Assembly (NCBI GenBank): GCA_963758495.1
Contig: CAVWVI010000003.1
Location: 640,001-704,000 of the forward strand
DNA length: 64,000 bases
Source: Oligoflexia bacterium
GTDB taxonomy: Bacteria; Bdellovibrionota; UBA1018
Direction of reading: 5' to 3'
Under the pieces are notes generated by a model. That model was not told the origin of the DNA. It saw nothing but the letters and a program-made list of their open reading frames with translations, and ran no database searches. The position numbers and the translations under genes were made by a program. This document shows, in pieces, positions 9,983-20,770 of the stretch. Positions within the stretch are counted from its first letter, which is position 1. Each line of letters begins with the position of its first letter.

Positions 9983-10840
9983 ATGACATTTAATAAATCG
10001 ATCTTAAATTTCAAATTTAATTTGATATGGATAGGGTGGGTTTTGTGCTTGGGCGTAGGACCTCTTGCGCGGGCAAGCTGGGAATTCTTACCCGAATCGA
10101 GGCATCAGCTTTTCCAAACCTACAGTTTTTTTATCGAGCAGCATAATATCCTCGTTTATAGAGGAGAAGGTCGCTACTGGGCTGCCGTGAGTGCTAACCT
10201 TCCATTGGTTGGAAATAATGAGTTGTCTACTCACCCTCAGCTCCTGTTTCATTTCTCCGGAAATGACTCGATGCATGTCGATGATGAAGGAGGAGTGTTC
10301 ACAGAGACTCTTGATACTCGAATAGGCTTAATGTTTGAAATAGTGACACCTCAGTTTTTGGGTTTGAAATGGTCAATCGGGTTGTTTCATGAATCTGGAC
10401 ATACGGTGGATGGATCCCAAGACCCGAGCTTGGCGCCCCTGAATCTGGGAGATAACGTGCTTCGGGCACGAGTACTCCGTGATTTTGGAACCAAGATACG
10501 CGCAGGTATTACCTATGTGCCCGTGATCCACGCTATTCCAGATAACTTAAATGCCGGAATGAATGAATTTATTGAATACTTCCCTTGGGGATCTAAAGAG
10601 GATCATTCAGCGTCTCCATTTTTGGCAATGGGTTTGGCAAATGGTATTTCTTTCACGGGATCGAGCACATTTCATGCGCAGTTGGGGCTTTCATTTGGTT
10701 CACATTTTCAAGATCGGCACACTCACGATGCTCGATTGGTTGTCGGTTATTACAACGGAGTCGATCCTCGCGCCAAGTATTCTCAATTTGACGGAGATAG
10801 GGGAGCTTTTGAATACCTGGGCATTATGTTTGATATTTAG
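9983..10840 (+). CDS. Probable outer-membrane beta-barrel protein (DUF1207-like)
   Basis: Signal peptide ending ARA, HESGH motif, alternating beta-strand pattern, aromatic residues near the C-terminus. Confidence 0.55.
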   Translation: MTFNKSILNFKFNLIWIGWVLCLGVGPLARASWEFLPESRHQLFQTYSFFIEQHNILVYRGEGRYWAAVSANLPLVGNNELSTHPQLLFHFSGNDSMHVDDEGGVFTETLDTRIGLMFEIVTPQFLGLKWSIGLFHESGHTVDGSQDPSLAPLNLGDNVLRARVLRDFGTKIRAGITYVPVIHAIPDNLNAGMNEFIEYFPWGSKEDHSASPFLAMGLANGISFTGSSTFHAQLGLSFGSHFQDRHTHDARLVVGYYNGVDPRAKYSQFDGDRGAFEYLGIMFDI

Positions 10841-10897
10841 GCGTTTTAGTCGAGATCAGGGAGGACCTATTAATAGTCAGCTATTCATTTTCGTTAA

Positions 10898-11017
10898 AAT
10901 CATCGACTTCAACCTGAAGAAAACCCGTCTCTTTTGAAAAAAATAAAAGGAAAGAAATTTGGAAAAATTAAGAAAAGTTCACTTGAACTTTTACTCGAAG
11001 ATAGAGACTCGCGATGA
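10898..11017 (+). pseudogene. 3' remnant of a probable type II antitoxin
   Basis: Start-less frame NHRLQPEENPSLLKKIKGKKFGKIKKSSLELLLEDRDSR* whose TGA overlaps the PIN gene ATG (ATGA); in-frame stop immediately upstream. Confidence 0.5.
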
Positions 11018-11430
11018 TTGCATACATTGACTCATCTGTATTACCCAGAATCTTATTAGACGAAGAAGGAAAGATTGAAGAATTTAAAAAAATTGAACGA
11101 GGTATTTCAAGCGTATTACTCAAAATTGAATGCCTTAGGACTTTAGATCAACTAAAATTCGAAAATCAATATAGTGACGACGAGTACATAGAGTCACGCT
11201 CACTCTTTCTTTCGGCTTTTAAGAAAATATCATTCATTAAACTGAGCAACTCAATCGTTGAATCCTCCTGTCGGCCCTGGGAAATACCTGTTAAGAGTCT
11301 TAATGCAATTCACCTAGCTTCTGCTCTTCAATGGAAACAAAATGAAGAAAAGAACTTAATGTTTCTTACTCACGACAAACGACTTGGGAACGTGGCCAAG
11401 TCCAATGGATTGGACGTTATTGGACTTTAG
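11014..11430 (+). CDS. vapC: PIN-domain VapC-like toxin, possibly degenerate
   Basis: AYIDSS, SVLLKIEC, SLNAIHLASAL, FLTHDKRL. Confidence 0.85.
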   Translation: MIAYIDSSVLPRILLDEEGKIEEFKKIERGISSVLLKIECLRTLDQLKFENQYSDDEYIESRSLFLSAFKKISFIKLSNSIVESSCRPWEIPVKSLNAIHLASALQWKQNEEKNLMFLTHDKRLGNVAKSNGLDVIGL

Positions 11431-11716
11431 TCCCACCGCGAGGGAGAAAATGCCACGATTTTAAATAAATGAGCGAGGCTATCCGAGTACTTCTTACCGT
11501 TGTAAGAATAAGAGCAATCCTTGCCTCTGTCGATTCTTCGACCCCTTTCTCTACATAATCAGCCAAAAGAATATGTTGATTTATTGTGTTCAGCCATTGC
11601 GAAACTAGAGTAACTTAAGCTATAAGAAAGTCTTAACGCATCCTTCTTGAATTTAAAAAGCTCAGAAGTTATCGCGTTGAAAGGGGATTGATAACCCAGT
11701 GGTTGATCATGATTAT

Positions 11717-11792
11717 GCCGATGTAGCTCAGTTGGTAGAGCAACGCTTTCGTAAAGCGTAGGTCGTGTGTTCGATTCACATCATCGGCTCCA
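11717..11792 (+). tRNA. tRNA-Thr(CGT)
   Basis: Cloverleaf: GCCGATG/CATCGGC acceptor stem, GCTC/GAGC D-stem, ACGCT-TTCGTAA-AGCGT anticodon arm, TTCGATT T-loop, encoded CCA. Confidence 0.97.
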
Positions 11793-11954
11793 GTTTAAAT
11801 GTTACATTCTAAATTAATTTGCACTTAAATATTAAATAATAAAATCTAAAACTAGCTGATCTATAAGGTGTTTTCTTAATTTTGACATTAAAAGTCAAGT
11901 AATGGCCGCACTCAAGTATAAGTTGATTTTCTGAAGTTTAAGTTGAATTTTACG

Positions 11955-12926
11955 TCAGCCTAAAGAGGCTGTACGAGTAAAAATCACACTAGGGAGCCAG
12001 GTATAGTGGAAGGCAAATTGAGCTGACCAACCGAGCCGAGTGAGCAGAGAGGAGTCTTGGCGGGTCGAGTGAAGGTGACCGCAGGTTTGTCTTAGAATAC
12101 GAACAGGGATAGGAACTCCGACCGCAGCGATGGTAGCTTGCGCTATCAAAGTAGCAACGTATTCAGATGAGACAGGGCGATTGTGATTTCCTCTGGGTGG
12201 CAATATGAGTGACTGACGGGGGTAGGTCCATTTTGTTTTTTTGTAAATATTTAACCAATGTAGATAGTATCGTCTTTGAAGCTTAAAGAACCAGTCTGGC
12301 GAGGACTGGAGTTGGAGCTTCTGAGGCCGATTATAAAGTCGTCTTCCTTTTGTTCTCTGAGTACGATGATGAACGATGTTGAGAGTGGCCTGATCTTCCA
12401 TACAAAGAGTAGCAAGACGAAGGTCCTCACGACTCCAGCCGTAAAATAAAATAAGACTCAGAAGCAATGCTTGCTGAGGATCTGACTTGGGGGTTTTTAT
12501 GAAGGCAAAGATTTTTTTGATCTGAGATTCATCACATACTGTTAACTGCCCAGGAGATCTACTGACGATCACACTCTCTGCCGGATTAACAACTATATGC
12601 CGATTGGATTTTAAGAAACGGTAGAAACTATTGAAGCATGATAGAGCCTTTCGGCGATAGCCGAGATCCCCCGCATAAAGGCATGACAGGTATTTGAGAT
12701 AGTCCTCCATCATTCTTGGAGTGACATGCAATAGTGATACAGGGGCATCCAGAGTCTTTAGCCATTGGTTAAAATTGTCAATTGCATGCAAATAATGAAG
12801 ACAAGTAGCGTCCGCTCTTTTTGTCCTTTGCAGCATTTCCACGAAGCTTTGAAGAAGGGGATGTATTTCTGCATCAATTCGAATCTTTATGAGTTCAAAT
12901 CGGTGGTGATATTCACTCAAATGCAA
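11955..12926 (-). CDS. Tyrosine recombinase/integrase-like protein with degenerate catalytic motifs (possibly a pseudogene)
   Basis: SAM-like core-binding region (YLHAIDNFNQWL...SFYRFLK...NPAE); FYGWSREDL in place of GxRxxE; ILRQTCG in place of HxLRH; next to a tRNA. Confidence 0.65.
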   Translation of the reverse strand: MHLSEYHHRFELIKIRIDAEIHPLLQSFVEMLQRTKRADATCLHYLHAIDNFNQWLKTLDAPVSLLHVTPRMMEDYLKYLSCLYAGDLGYRRKALSCFNSFYRFLKSNRHIVVNPAESVIVSRSPGQLTVCDESQIKKIFAFIKTPKSDPQQALLLSLILFYGWSREDLRLATLCMEDQATLNIVHHRTQRTKGRRLYNRPQKLQLQSSPDWFFKLQRRYYLHWLNIYKKTKWTYPRQSLILPPRGNHNRPVSSEYVATLIAQATIAAVGVPIPVRILRQTCGHLHSTRQDSSLLTRLGWSAQFAFHYTWLPSVIFTRTASLG

Positions 12927-13040
12927 AAGTTATTTTTCCAAAAACACATGATTTGAGTGTTCTTATCGATTTATTAGTACAAAGCCAAATTATAGTCCCG
13001 TTTTTGGAGGATGATCTTGAAGAATTGACCCCATATGCGG

Positions 13041-13343
13041 TCACTTTCCGATACGATGAAAGCTCAGATAAGCATCCCCTTTTGGGGATGCTGGCCCCCC
13101 AACACGTTCTAAGTAACATTCAGGTCCAAGGACTTTAGGAAAGTCCTTGGGATGGAAGTACAAAACAGGAGGTTTCTGCTTCACCTGTTGATTATAATTT
13201 TCGATTTCCCTCATCTGCTTTTCACCCTGAGCCTGATAAACTTCAAGGCAAGCTTGAATTCCTGAAGCCGCATGTGTGTAAGAATGAGTGACTAATATCA
13301 GAGTGATTACAATCGCTGATTTTTTTAAGACTTGGGTAAACAT
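13041..13343 (-). CDS. Small secreted hypothetical protein (start MFTQVLKK), possibly truncated
   Basis: GGAG RBS before the ATG at 13343; signal peptide ending THA. Confidence 0.45.
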   Translation of the reverse strand: MFTQVLKKSAIVITLILVTHSYTHAASGIQACLEVYQAQGEKQMREIENYNQQVKQKPPVLYFHPKDFPKVLGPECYLERVGGPASPKGDAYLSFHRIGK

Positions 13344-13641
13344 TCGTGCTCCAAATGGGTACGAGTAGGAATTAGACGCACCTTGCTGCAATCGGTAGAT
13401 TTTGCCAACTCTCGGATGAGCGTGCGAAAGTATCGTCAGGTCGAATTGCCAAGCCGGCTACAACTTAAAATCAAAGAAAAGAGTGCAGAAGCAGCCAGAA
13501 AGTGTCGGGAGCTAAAATCCGAATAACATATTGTAATTTATATCGTTTTATGACCTAGACCCAACATAGAATAAAATTTATTGCATTAACTTCTAGAAAA
13601 GAATTACACTAACCTCTAGTAAATATTTACATTATTTTCGA

Positions 13642-15252
13642 GTGATTTTGTATTCTACAGAAGAACAACAAGTCTCGACTCATTGCATAGCAGTACCAAA
13701 AGAATCGAGAATTTTTATGAACCACATCCTTGCCGATTCTCTCCAAAAAGCCAAAGAAGCCTCAAAGAATGGTGTAGTGCGCTCAAAAAATATCGATCGA
13801 GGAGTCAGAGAACGACTCGTAAAAGCTCATTTTTTAACCGAAGTCATTCGTGGCTGGTATTTGCTTACAAGTCCAACAGGAGCCGGCACAACGATTCTCT
13901 GGTACAGCAATTATTGGGAATTTATTAAACAGTATTTAACCGATCGCTTTGGAGAAGATGGATATTGCCTATCACCAGAATCCTCTTTGGATGTAATCGC
14001 AGCCCACACCTTGATCTCACAGCAACTCATAGTCATTACAAAAAAATCTTCTAATCAATTGATCACCTTGCCTCATGACACATCTATCATGCTTTATTGC
14101 GATACGAATCATTTTCCAACCACCCTCATTCAGAGAAATGGTTTGAACTTGATCCCCTTAGCGGATGCACTCTGTAGAGTGGCTCCTACTTATTTTCAGA
14201 ATAATAGTTTAAATACAGAAATTTGCTTAAAACTTGTGGAGTCCTCTGCTGAAATTTCCAGAGTTCTTTTAACTATGCAATCACCCACTGCGGCCAATAG
14301 AATAACGGGTGCTTATCAACGCATCGGGGATCAAAATAGAGCCGAGCATGTCGTTAAAGACATGGCTGCTGCTGGCATGACTGTCCATCCTGAAGACCCA
14401 TTTAATAAAGTATCGCAGTTTTTTGAGAAAGTAAGACTGTCTTCTCCTTATGCCGGCCGAATGCAATCAATGTGGAAACAAATGCGTTCCTCCGTTATAG
14501 AAACATTTCCAAACCCACCGAAGACTCATCAAGATGTACAGAAATCTCTTCGAATCATTGGAATGTTATATAAAGAGGACGCGTACCACTCCCTATCTAT
14601 AGAAGGATATCAAGTCACTGAAGATATGATTCTTCGAATTAAAGAGGGCAACTGGAATCCTGATAGCGAAAAATCGGATGCTGAGCATCGAAACGCCTTA
14701 GCGGCAAAAGGCTATTTAGGTGCCTTTAATTCTGTTACAGAAAGCATTACCAAAGTCCTAAAAGGCTCAAATTCTGGGAAAGTATTTGCGAGTGACCTAC
14801 AGACCTGGTATCGGGAACTTTTTGCCCCTTTAGTCCAAGCTCAATTATTAGCGCCATCAAACCTCGCCGGTTATCGAAATAATCAAGTTTATATTTCGAA
14901 CTCTCGTCATTTACCCCCTCCTTCGAGCGCCATACTTGATTCTATGGATACTTTGCAAAATCTCTTAGTAGAGGAAAAGGATGCTCGCGTCAGAGCTGTA
15001 CTTGGACATTTTATTTTTGTTTTTATACATCCCTATATGGATGGAAATGGCCGAATTGGCAGATTTCTAATGAATTTGATGCTGCTATCTGGCGGATATA
15101 ATTGGACTGTCATTAGGACATCCGAAAGAACCCGCTATATGGACTCTTTGGAAGCCGCCTCGACACAAGGAAAAATCGAAAACTTTTCCAAATTTATCGC
15201 ATCTGAAATGGATTTCTGGAAAAAAGAAATTTCTAAAATGAATATCCCCTAG
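13642..15252 (+). CDS. Fic-domain protein with long N-terminal extension
   Basis: Near-canonical Fic motif HPYMDGNGRIGR; YHSLSIEGY inhibitory-helix-like motif. Confidence 0.9.
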   Translation: MILYSTEEQQVSTHCIAVPKESRIFMNHILADSLQKAKEASKNGVVRSKNIDRGVRERLVKAHFLTEVIRGWYLLTSPTGAGTTILWYSNYWEFIKQYLTDRFGEDGYCLSPESSLDVIAAHTLISQQLIVITKKSSNQLITLPHDTSIMLYCDTNHFPTTLIQRNGLNLIPLADALCRVAPTYFQNNSLNTEICLKLVESSAEISRVLLTMQSPTAANRITGAYQRIGDQNRAEHVVKDMAAAGMTVHPEDPFNKVSQFFEKVRLSSPYAGRMQSMWKQMRSSVIETFPNPPKTHQDVQKSLRIIGMLYKEDAYHSLSIEGYQVTEDMILRIKEGNWNPDSEKSDAEHRNALAAKGYLGAFNSVTESITKVLKGSNSGKVFASDLQTWYRELFAPLVQAQLLAPSNLAGYRNNQVYISNSRHLPPPSSAILDSMDTLQNLLVEEKDARVRAVLGHFIFVFIHPYMDGNGRIGRFLMNLMLLSGGYNWTVIRTSERTRYMDSLEAASTQGKIENFSKFIASEMDFWKKEISKMNIP

Positions 15253-15352
15253 CAAGTCTTCGATATACAAATGAGTTTAAGAAAATAATAAACCTTTTCA
15301 GGATTAGTTTCATTCATTTAACTCTAAGCGAACCGCACCTAAAGATAATAAA

Positions 15353-18300
15353 TCAATACTGGTAATGGAATGACTGGGAATCATGACCAATAGTACCAAT
15401 TTGATAAGTGAACGAGTAATCGATTCCATCTCCAGTTTTCAGCCCCTGAATGACGAGACTCCAGCTCTTATCTTGAGCTTGTATCATTCGAACATTTTGT
15501 TGCAGACCATTTTTATTCACTAGATAGTGAATATCCACAAATCCAAACCCAACCGATGAATTAGTTGGAATGACAGTAATTGTAACTTGTCCATTTCCAC
15601 TCACTACAACGTTTTGGCTCAAATCACCTACCGGCGTTGGCGTTGGCGTTGGCGTTGGCGTTGGTGTTGGCGTTGGTGTTGGCGTTGGCGTTGGCGTTGG
15701 CGTTGGCGTTGGCGTTGGTGTTGGCGTTGGCGTTGGTGTTGGCGTTGGCGTTGGTGTTGGCGTTGGCGTTGGTGTTGGCGTTGGTGTTGGATTCACACTT
15801 GGATAGATAAATTGAAACAGACTCGAATCATGACCAATAGTGCCAATTTGATACGTAAAAGAATAACTGAGCACATCACCTTGTTTCAACCCAGATATAT
15901 TAAGACTCCATGTTCCGTCATTAGCTTGCACCATTCGGACATTCTGCTGAGGATTAGCTTGATTTATTATATAATGGATATCTGCAAATCCGAATCCTGT
16001 TGATAGATTACTTGGAGTGAGAGTAACAGTTACTTCTCCATTTCCGCTCACTACAACCATTTGAGTAAAATCACCTACTGGCGTTGGTGTTGGCGTTGGT
16101 GTTGGCGTTGGTGTTGGCGTTGGCGTTGGTGTTGGCGTTGGCGTTGGCGTTGGCGTTGGCGTTGGCGTTGGTGTTGGCGTTGGCGTTGGCGTTGGTGTTG
16201 GTGTTGGTGTTGGTGTTGGCGTTGGCGTTGGCGTTGGCGTTGGTGTTGGTGTTGGTGTTGGCGTTGGTGTTGGTGTTGGTGTTGGCGTTGGTGTTGGTGT
16301 TGGTATTGGTGTTGGTATTGGTGTTGGCGTTGGCGTTGGTGTAATACCTCCTTGTGATGAAATCAGTGCACCGGCAGGCACACTTAACTGAGTTCCGTCT
16401 GAAAAATTCACCGGAACAGTTGAAGAACTAGAATTATAAGCTACGTATTGACGAACCCCGTTATTGTTAAATACTGCATAGGTGGGAAGATCTGCAGTAA
16501 CTTGAGTATCAAGTTGACCAAATGTATTTAAATTCTGAATCCAATAATAAGTATGGGCGTTTGTCTCTCCGGTTTCGATAGTGTAATTCAGATTATTATT
16601 AAATTCAGCTACAGCTGCAGCAGGGTTATACAGGGCTTCAATACTCATATGAATATCCCTCCATCTATCAGGATTCGATCCACTATGAGTTCTCATATAA
16701 GTTTGATTGGTTTGAAGATAACTTGGATTTCTTCCTAAATAAAGAGAGCCTCCTGTAACTGGCATAAAATTAATACCGTGCAATTCTTCTCGATAACCAT
16801 CCCACCAGATTGAGTAAGCGCCTCCATCAAGCCAAACCATCCCCAAGGTGGGTTCAGGAAAATCTGATGGAATAGTCTGTTTATCAATATTAAACCAATA
16901 CTGCTCGATCGCGGACGCCTCAGTAGCATAAAGATAAATCCCAAAATCGCGAATCGTATCATTGTGTGTCGCGACACCCCAAAGCATCACACCTGACGAA
17001 AAATTCATACTTTCTGATGAAGATTCTTCGTTATTACCAGCAGCAAAAAGAGAGGGCCCACTCGCCCAACCATGACCAGAAAAGGAATCAAACATTCGTA
17101 AAAATGGAAATCGACTGTCCGTTCGGTCCCAGTTATTCGCGTCCTTAATTAAAAGTTCGACCATGCCACCGTATTGACTTTGGGATGCCCAGTTCGAATC
17201 ATATTGAGCAATCGTTGCTGCTGCTTGAATAAAATAACCATAATGAAAATGATGATCATTTAATTGAGTATCAGTTCCGTAACTAGCAGGATAGCCAATG
17301 AGAGTGTTCCAAGTAGAATCATAATAAAATTGACGCGAGTTTTGACCTTGAAACCAGTCCTGCAACCCACTTTTTAATTCGGATAAGAAAAGATCACGTG
17401 CAGCCGTGTAATTAATTTGATCTGCGATGCGAACTAACCTTGCAATTCGACCTAGAGCCTTTCCATACCAGTAGGTATCAGTCCCTGCATTAACACCCCA
17501 ACGATCAGATGGGCTTAGATTATAAATATTATTAACATACTGATAAAGTTGGGCAGATGAAAAACCGTTTATTCCATCTTGTGCTACTAAAGGTAGCTCA
17601 GGTAGAATTCCATTGAAAGTTAATTGAGTTGAAAAACTTGAAGCATCGACTACTTTCATCGTTCCTCGTGAAGAAACATACGTGTAGGAAGTAACCGGAT
17701 CACTCGAATTCATCCATTGATGACGAAACAAAGCTATCAAGGGTCGATTTACATTATTATTTCCACTCTCTTTTAAAACAGTGTCCGCACTATATTGAGT
17801 CACTATCTGAGCGTGCGTTGAATCATAAGTCCAATTAACACTCGTATTTACAACAAATGCATAAGCATGCTGTCGATAAATTTCAAGAGTACTTGTTGTA
17901 TTATCAGGCAATACTGCAACTGAAAGATAGTCTTGTCCATTTTGACTTGACGTTAATTGCGTTGAACTCGGCGAAGTCCAAACTGACCCCGAGGGAGCAA
18001 AGATTCCGTAATTATGTCCATTAACACTAACGCCCAGAACACCACCGTTTTGATACCAGACGACCGGAGTACTGCTAAAATTAATTACCGCATTGCCTCC
18101 GTTTACACTAAAATAAGCATACGGAATACCTTGACTCATTGTGCTTTTTAAAGTTCTAACACCATCACTCCAGACCGCTGTCACAGCCCAATCAGAATAA
18201 CTTTCAACTTCAGTGTCAGAAGAAGTTAATCCTTGTACACCTACACTCAAATCTTGCTGAAATCCATAATGATATTCATGAACCGTCAATCCTAAATCCG

Positions 18301-18631
18301 TAGTCACATAAGGCGTAATTGAGTATTGGGTACTATAACCTAACCCTAATCCTCCACTCACTGCCTTCATCGAAAGCGGATACGAAAACAAATTTTGAGA
18401 ATATTGCTGAGTTGGGTCATATTTCCATAATATTGAGGTCCACCATTTATGTGTGGCAGTTGGAAGCGAAAAACTCGAAGTAACCCGAGGCACCACGGAA
18501 GTGCCATTCTGGTCAGAGGGACCTGACGTACCTGCAGGGAGAGTTGTGGTATAATTTCCAGCACCTACTGGAACTAAAACAAACAAAAGCGACCAATAGT
18601 CCTGGAAACACTTAAAGTTAATTTTTCTCAC
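15353..18631 (-). CDS. GH81 endo-beta-1,3-glucanase with two Pro-Thr linkers and two CBM56-like modules
   Basis: [30 protein letters not shown]81 motifs; repeated module FxDIHY...QQNVRM...YSFTYQIG. Confidence 0.9.
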   Translation of the reverse strand: MRKINFKCFQDYWSLLFVLVPVGAGNYTTTLPAGTSGPSDQNGTSVVPRVTSSFSLPTATHKWWTSILWKYDPTQQYSQNLFSYPLSMKAVSGGLGLGYSTQYSITPYVTTDLGLTVHEYHYGFQQDLSVGVQGLTSSDTEVESYSDWAVTAVWSDGVRTLKSTMSQGIPYAYFSVNGGNAVINFSSTPVVWYQNGGVLGVSVNGHNYGIFAPSGSVWTSPSSTQLTSSQNGQDYLSVAVLPDNTTSTLEIYRQHAYAFVVNTSVNWTYDSTHAQIVTQYSADTVLKESGNNNVNRPLIALFRHQWMNSSDPVTSYTYVSSRGTMKVVDASSFSTQLTFNGILPELPLVAQDGINGFSSAQLYQYVNNIYNLSPSDRWGVNAGTDTYWYGKALGRIARLVRIADQINYTAARDLFLSELKSGLQDWFQGQNSRQFYYDSTWNTLIGYPASYGTDTQLNDHHFHYGYFIQAAATIAQYDSNWASQSQYGGMVELLIKDANNWDRTDSRFPFLRMFDSFSGHGWASGPSLFAAGNNEESSSESMNFSSGVMLWGVATHNDTIRDFGIYLYATEASAIEQYWFNIDKQTIPSDFPEPTLGMVWLDGGAYSIWWDGYREELHGINFMPVTGGSLYLGRNPSYLQTNQTYMRTHSGSNPDRWRDIHMSIEALYNPAAAVAEFNNNLNYTIETGETNAHTYYWIQNLNTFGQLDTQVTADLPTYAVFNNNGVRQYVAYNSSSSTVPVNFSDGTQLSVPAGALISSQGGITPTPTPTPIPTPIPTPTPTPTPTPTPTPTPTPTPTPTPTPTPTPTPTPTPTPTPTPTPTPTPTPTPTPTPTPTPTPTPTPTPTPTPTPVGDFTQMVVVSGNGEVTVTLTPSNLSTGFGFADIHYIINQANPQQNVRMVQANDGTWSLNISGLKQGDVLSYSFTYQIGTIGHDSSLFQFIYPSVNPTPTPTPTPTPTPTPTPTPTPTPTPTPTPTPTPTPTPTPTPTPTPTPTPTPTPVGDLSQNVVVSGNGQVTITVIPTNSSVGFGFVDIHYLVNKNGLQQNVRMIQAQDKSWSLVIQGLKTGDGIDYSFTYQIGTIGHDSQSFHYQY
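15633..15790. repeat. (GGYGTT)n hexamer tandem repeat encoding a Pro-Thr linker
   Basis: About 26 units read directly. Confidence 0.95.
16079..16342. repeat. (GGYGTT)n hexamer tandem repeat encoding a Pro-Thr linker
   Basis: About 44 units, two being GGTATT (Pro-Ile) variants. Confidence 0.95.
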
Positions 18632-18898
18632 AAGCCCCCCATGCTGAAGTTATCAACAAGAATGAAGTCCCCACAGTAAGCAGACAACCTAAGAATTATT
18701 ATTATTATGTGTAGATATTTACAAATTAACAATAGATCAAATTTATATTTATAAATACCTTCTGAAGATTTTCTTTAAGGGTAGGTAATTCTTTTACCCA
18801 TTTCTAGCTCAAATAAGTAAGACGATCACATCAGGGCGTGAATATTTCAGCCATTTTTTCAATTTTTCGTGTATGAATGACATTCGGAGTTAAAAACC

Positions 18899-19843
18899 AT
18901 GCATTCAAAAAATGAGAATTCTTCACGAAAACTGAAGAACTATCTAGTGGCTGTTATTATCTACAACGTTCTTGTTATTCTCTGGGGTGCGTATGTTCGG
19001 GCTACTGGATCAGGAGCAGGATGCGGAAGTCATTGGCCTCTTTGCAATGGGCAATTGATTCCTATCCAAACAAGTATTCATACTCAAATCGAGTTTTTGC
19101 ACAGAATCTCTTCTGGACTCTCTCTACCCTTGGTCCTTCTAGGTACGAGTTGGATTTTTCGTCAGTATTCAAAAGGAACCTGGATAAGAAAACTTGCTGC
19201 AATAGCAAGCATTTCTATTATTATGGAAGCTCTACTTGGAGCTGCGTTGGTGTTATTTGAGCTAGTTTCTCATGATCAGTCTTTAAAGAGAACAATCTCC
19301 ATTTCATTGCATTTTGCTAATACACTCATACTTTTAGGCTCGCTTGTTCTTACCGCTGCCAGTAGCGATCGAGAGGGAAAAGGCTGGAGTTGGAATTACC
19401 TTCCTTTTAAACGACAGGCCTTTCTTTTTGTTGCTCTTTTCTTTTGTGTAGGCATGGCTGGCTCAATCACGGCTTTAGGAGATACATTATTTCCATCCCA
19501 ATCGTTATCACACGGCATTCAGCAAGATTGGAATGCCTCAAGTCATTTTCTAGTTAAATTAAGGATTATCCATCCGCTGCTGGCAATTACTTTTGTATTA
19601 CTTGCAACTCCGTGGATTTTTTCAAATTTAGCTCAAAGTCTTTCATCAACCTTTAAATATTGGGGAAAGCTTTTGCTCTCCCTATTATTTTTGAATGTTG
19701 TTATTGGAATTTTGAATTTAGTTTCTCTTGCTCCGATTCCACTTCAACTTCTACATCTATGTATGGCAGTGACCGTGTGGATTGTATGGGTTATTTTCTT
19801 AGATCAAGCTTTAGTTCAATCTAAAAATATCCAGACTTTATAA
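18899..19843 (+). CDS. ctaA: Heme A synthase, COX15/CtaA family
   Basis: GAYVRATGSGAGCGSHWPLCNG, IEFLHR, multiple TM helices with conserved His. Confidence 0.88.
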   Translation: MHSKNENSSRKLKNYLVAVIIYNVLVILWGAYVRATGSGAGCGSHWPLCNGQLIPIQTSIHTQIEFLHRISSGLSLPLVLLGTSWIFRQYSKGTWIRKLAAIASISIIMEALLGAALVLFELVSHDQSLKRTISISLHFANTLILLGSLVLTAASSDREGKGWSWNYLPFKRQAFLFVALFFCVGMAGSITALGDTLFPSQSLSHGIQQDWNASSHFLVKLRIIHPLLAITFVLLATPWIFSNLAQSLSSTFKYWGKLLLSLLFLNVVIGILNLVSLAPIPLQLLHLCMAVTVWIVWVIFLDQALVQSKNIQTL

Positions 19844-19976
19844 AATTTATGTTAATTTTCAAGCAGGTCCTTGCTGTGTTCAGATTGAATTTAGCACTAA
19901 AAGCATGCCCGCTACAAATACAAATTTGTTTAAACTTTTGTAGCTCGCTCTAAGAAAAGTCTTCAGTAGCACTGAA

Positions 19977-20618
19977 ATGAAATATCCTATATGTCATAGT
20001 CTCCAACTTATGGAAGCAATTACTTTCTTCTCTCATTTGAGTCATTGGCAAATCGATTTTTTAACTTTTGGGTTACTACTATTAAGTACAATATTTACTC
20101 TTATTCCTGAAGAATTACTTTTCGTCACGCTTGGTTACCTTGCTCATTGCGGACGGATACACTCTCTAGAAGCCATTTTTGTTGCTAAGCTCGGGTTAAT
20201 TCCTGCTGATGCCCTTACCCTTTGGATCGGAAGAAAACTTGGAAAAAATATACTCAACCATAGGCCATTTCGATTCCTGTTCGCTGAAGAGACAGTAAAT
20301 CGTTCGTTAGAAAAATTTAAAAAATCCGGGGGTGTTCTCTTATTTTTTACTCGATTTACACCCTTCTTGCGTGCTCCCGTGTATGTGGCTGCCGGCATCT
20401 CTGGCTTTTCATTGCGACGCTCTATTGGGATCGATTTATTGGCAGCTTGTATACAAGTCCCTGCCCTCTTTTTAGTAGGCTTTATTTTTGGCAAAAGTGC
20501 GCAACCTTTTGTGACGCTTTTTACTTACTTAACACTGACTATAGCATTAATTTTTGGCATAGTCAGTATAGCCAAACCGATCATTCAATCTCGACGTAGA
20601 TGTCATGACCTGTCCTGA
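19977..20618 (+). CDS. DedA family membrane protein
   Basis: IPEEL, GYLA, FFTRFTPFLRAPVYVAAG. Confidence 0.88.
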   Translation: MKYPICHSLQLMEAITFFSHLSHWQIDFLTFGLLLLSTIFTLIPEELLFVTLGYLAHCGRIHSLEAIFVAKLGLIPADALTLWIGRKLGKNILNHRPFRFLFAEETVNRSLEKFKKSGGVLLFFTRFTPFLRAPVYVAAGISGFSLRRSIGIDLLAACIQVPALFLVGFIFGKSAQPFVTLFTYLTLTIALIFGIVSIAKPIIQSRRRCHDLS

Positions 20619-20656
20619 TCATGTGCCCCAAAAACCAGCACCTACAGGCGCTCTAA

Positions 20657-20757
20657 GTAAGTAGTTCCTTTAAGGCTGTCGACAAGCACTACAAGGAGTC
20701 CTGTTACGCTGTAAAGAATTGGATTCCCGGCGCAACAGGACTTCTCGCAGTGCTTAC
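20657..20757 (-). mobile_element. 101-nt palindromic miniature element
   Basis: GTAAGTAG...GTGCTTAC; flanks CGCTCTAA (20649-20656) and CGTTCTAA (20758-20765); between convergent genes. Confidence 0.9.
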
Positions 20758-20770
20758 CGTTCTAATCATA

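Noticed and set aside
15570..16357. Plus-strand ORFs of poly-GV, poly-WR/WC and poly-LV/LA
   Set aside because: Shadow frames of the Pro-Thr hexamer repeats in the GH81 gene
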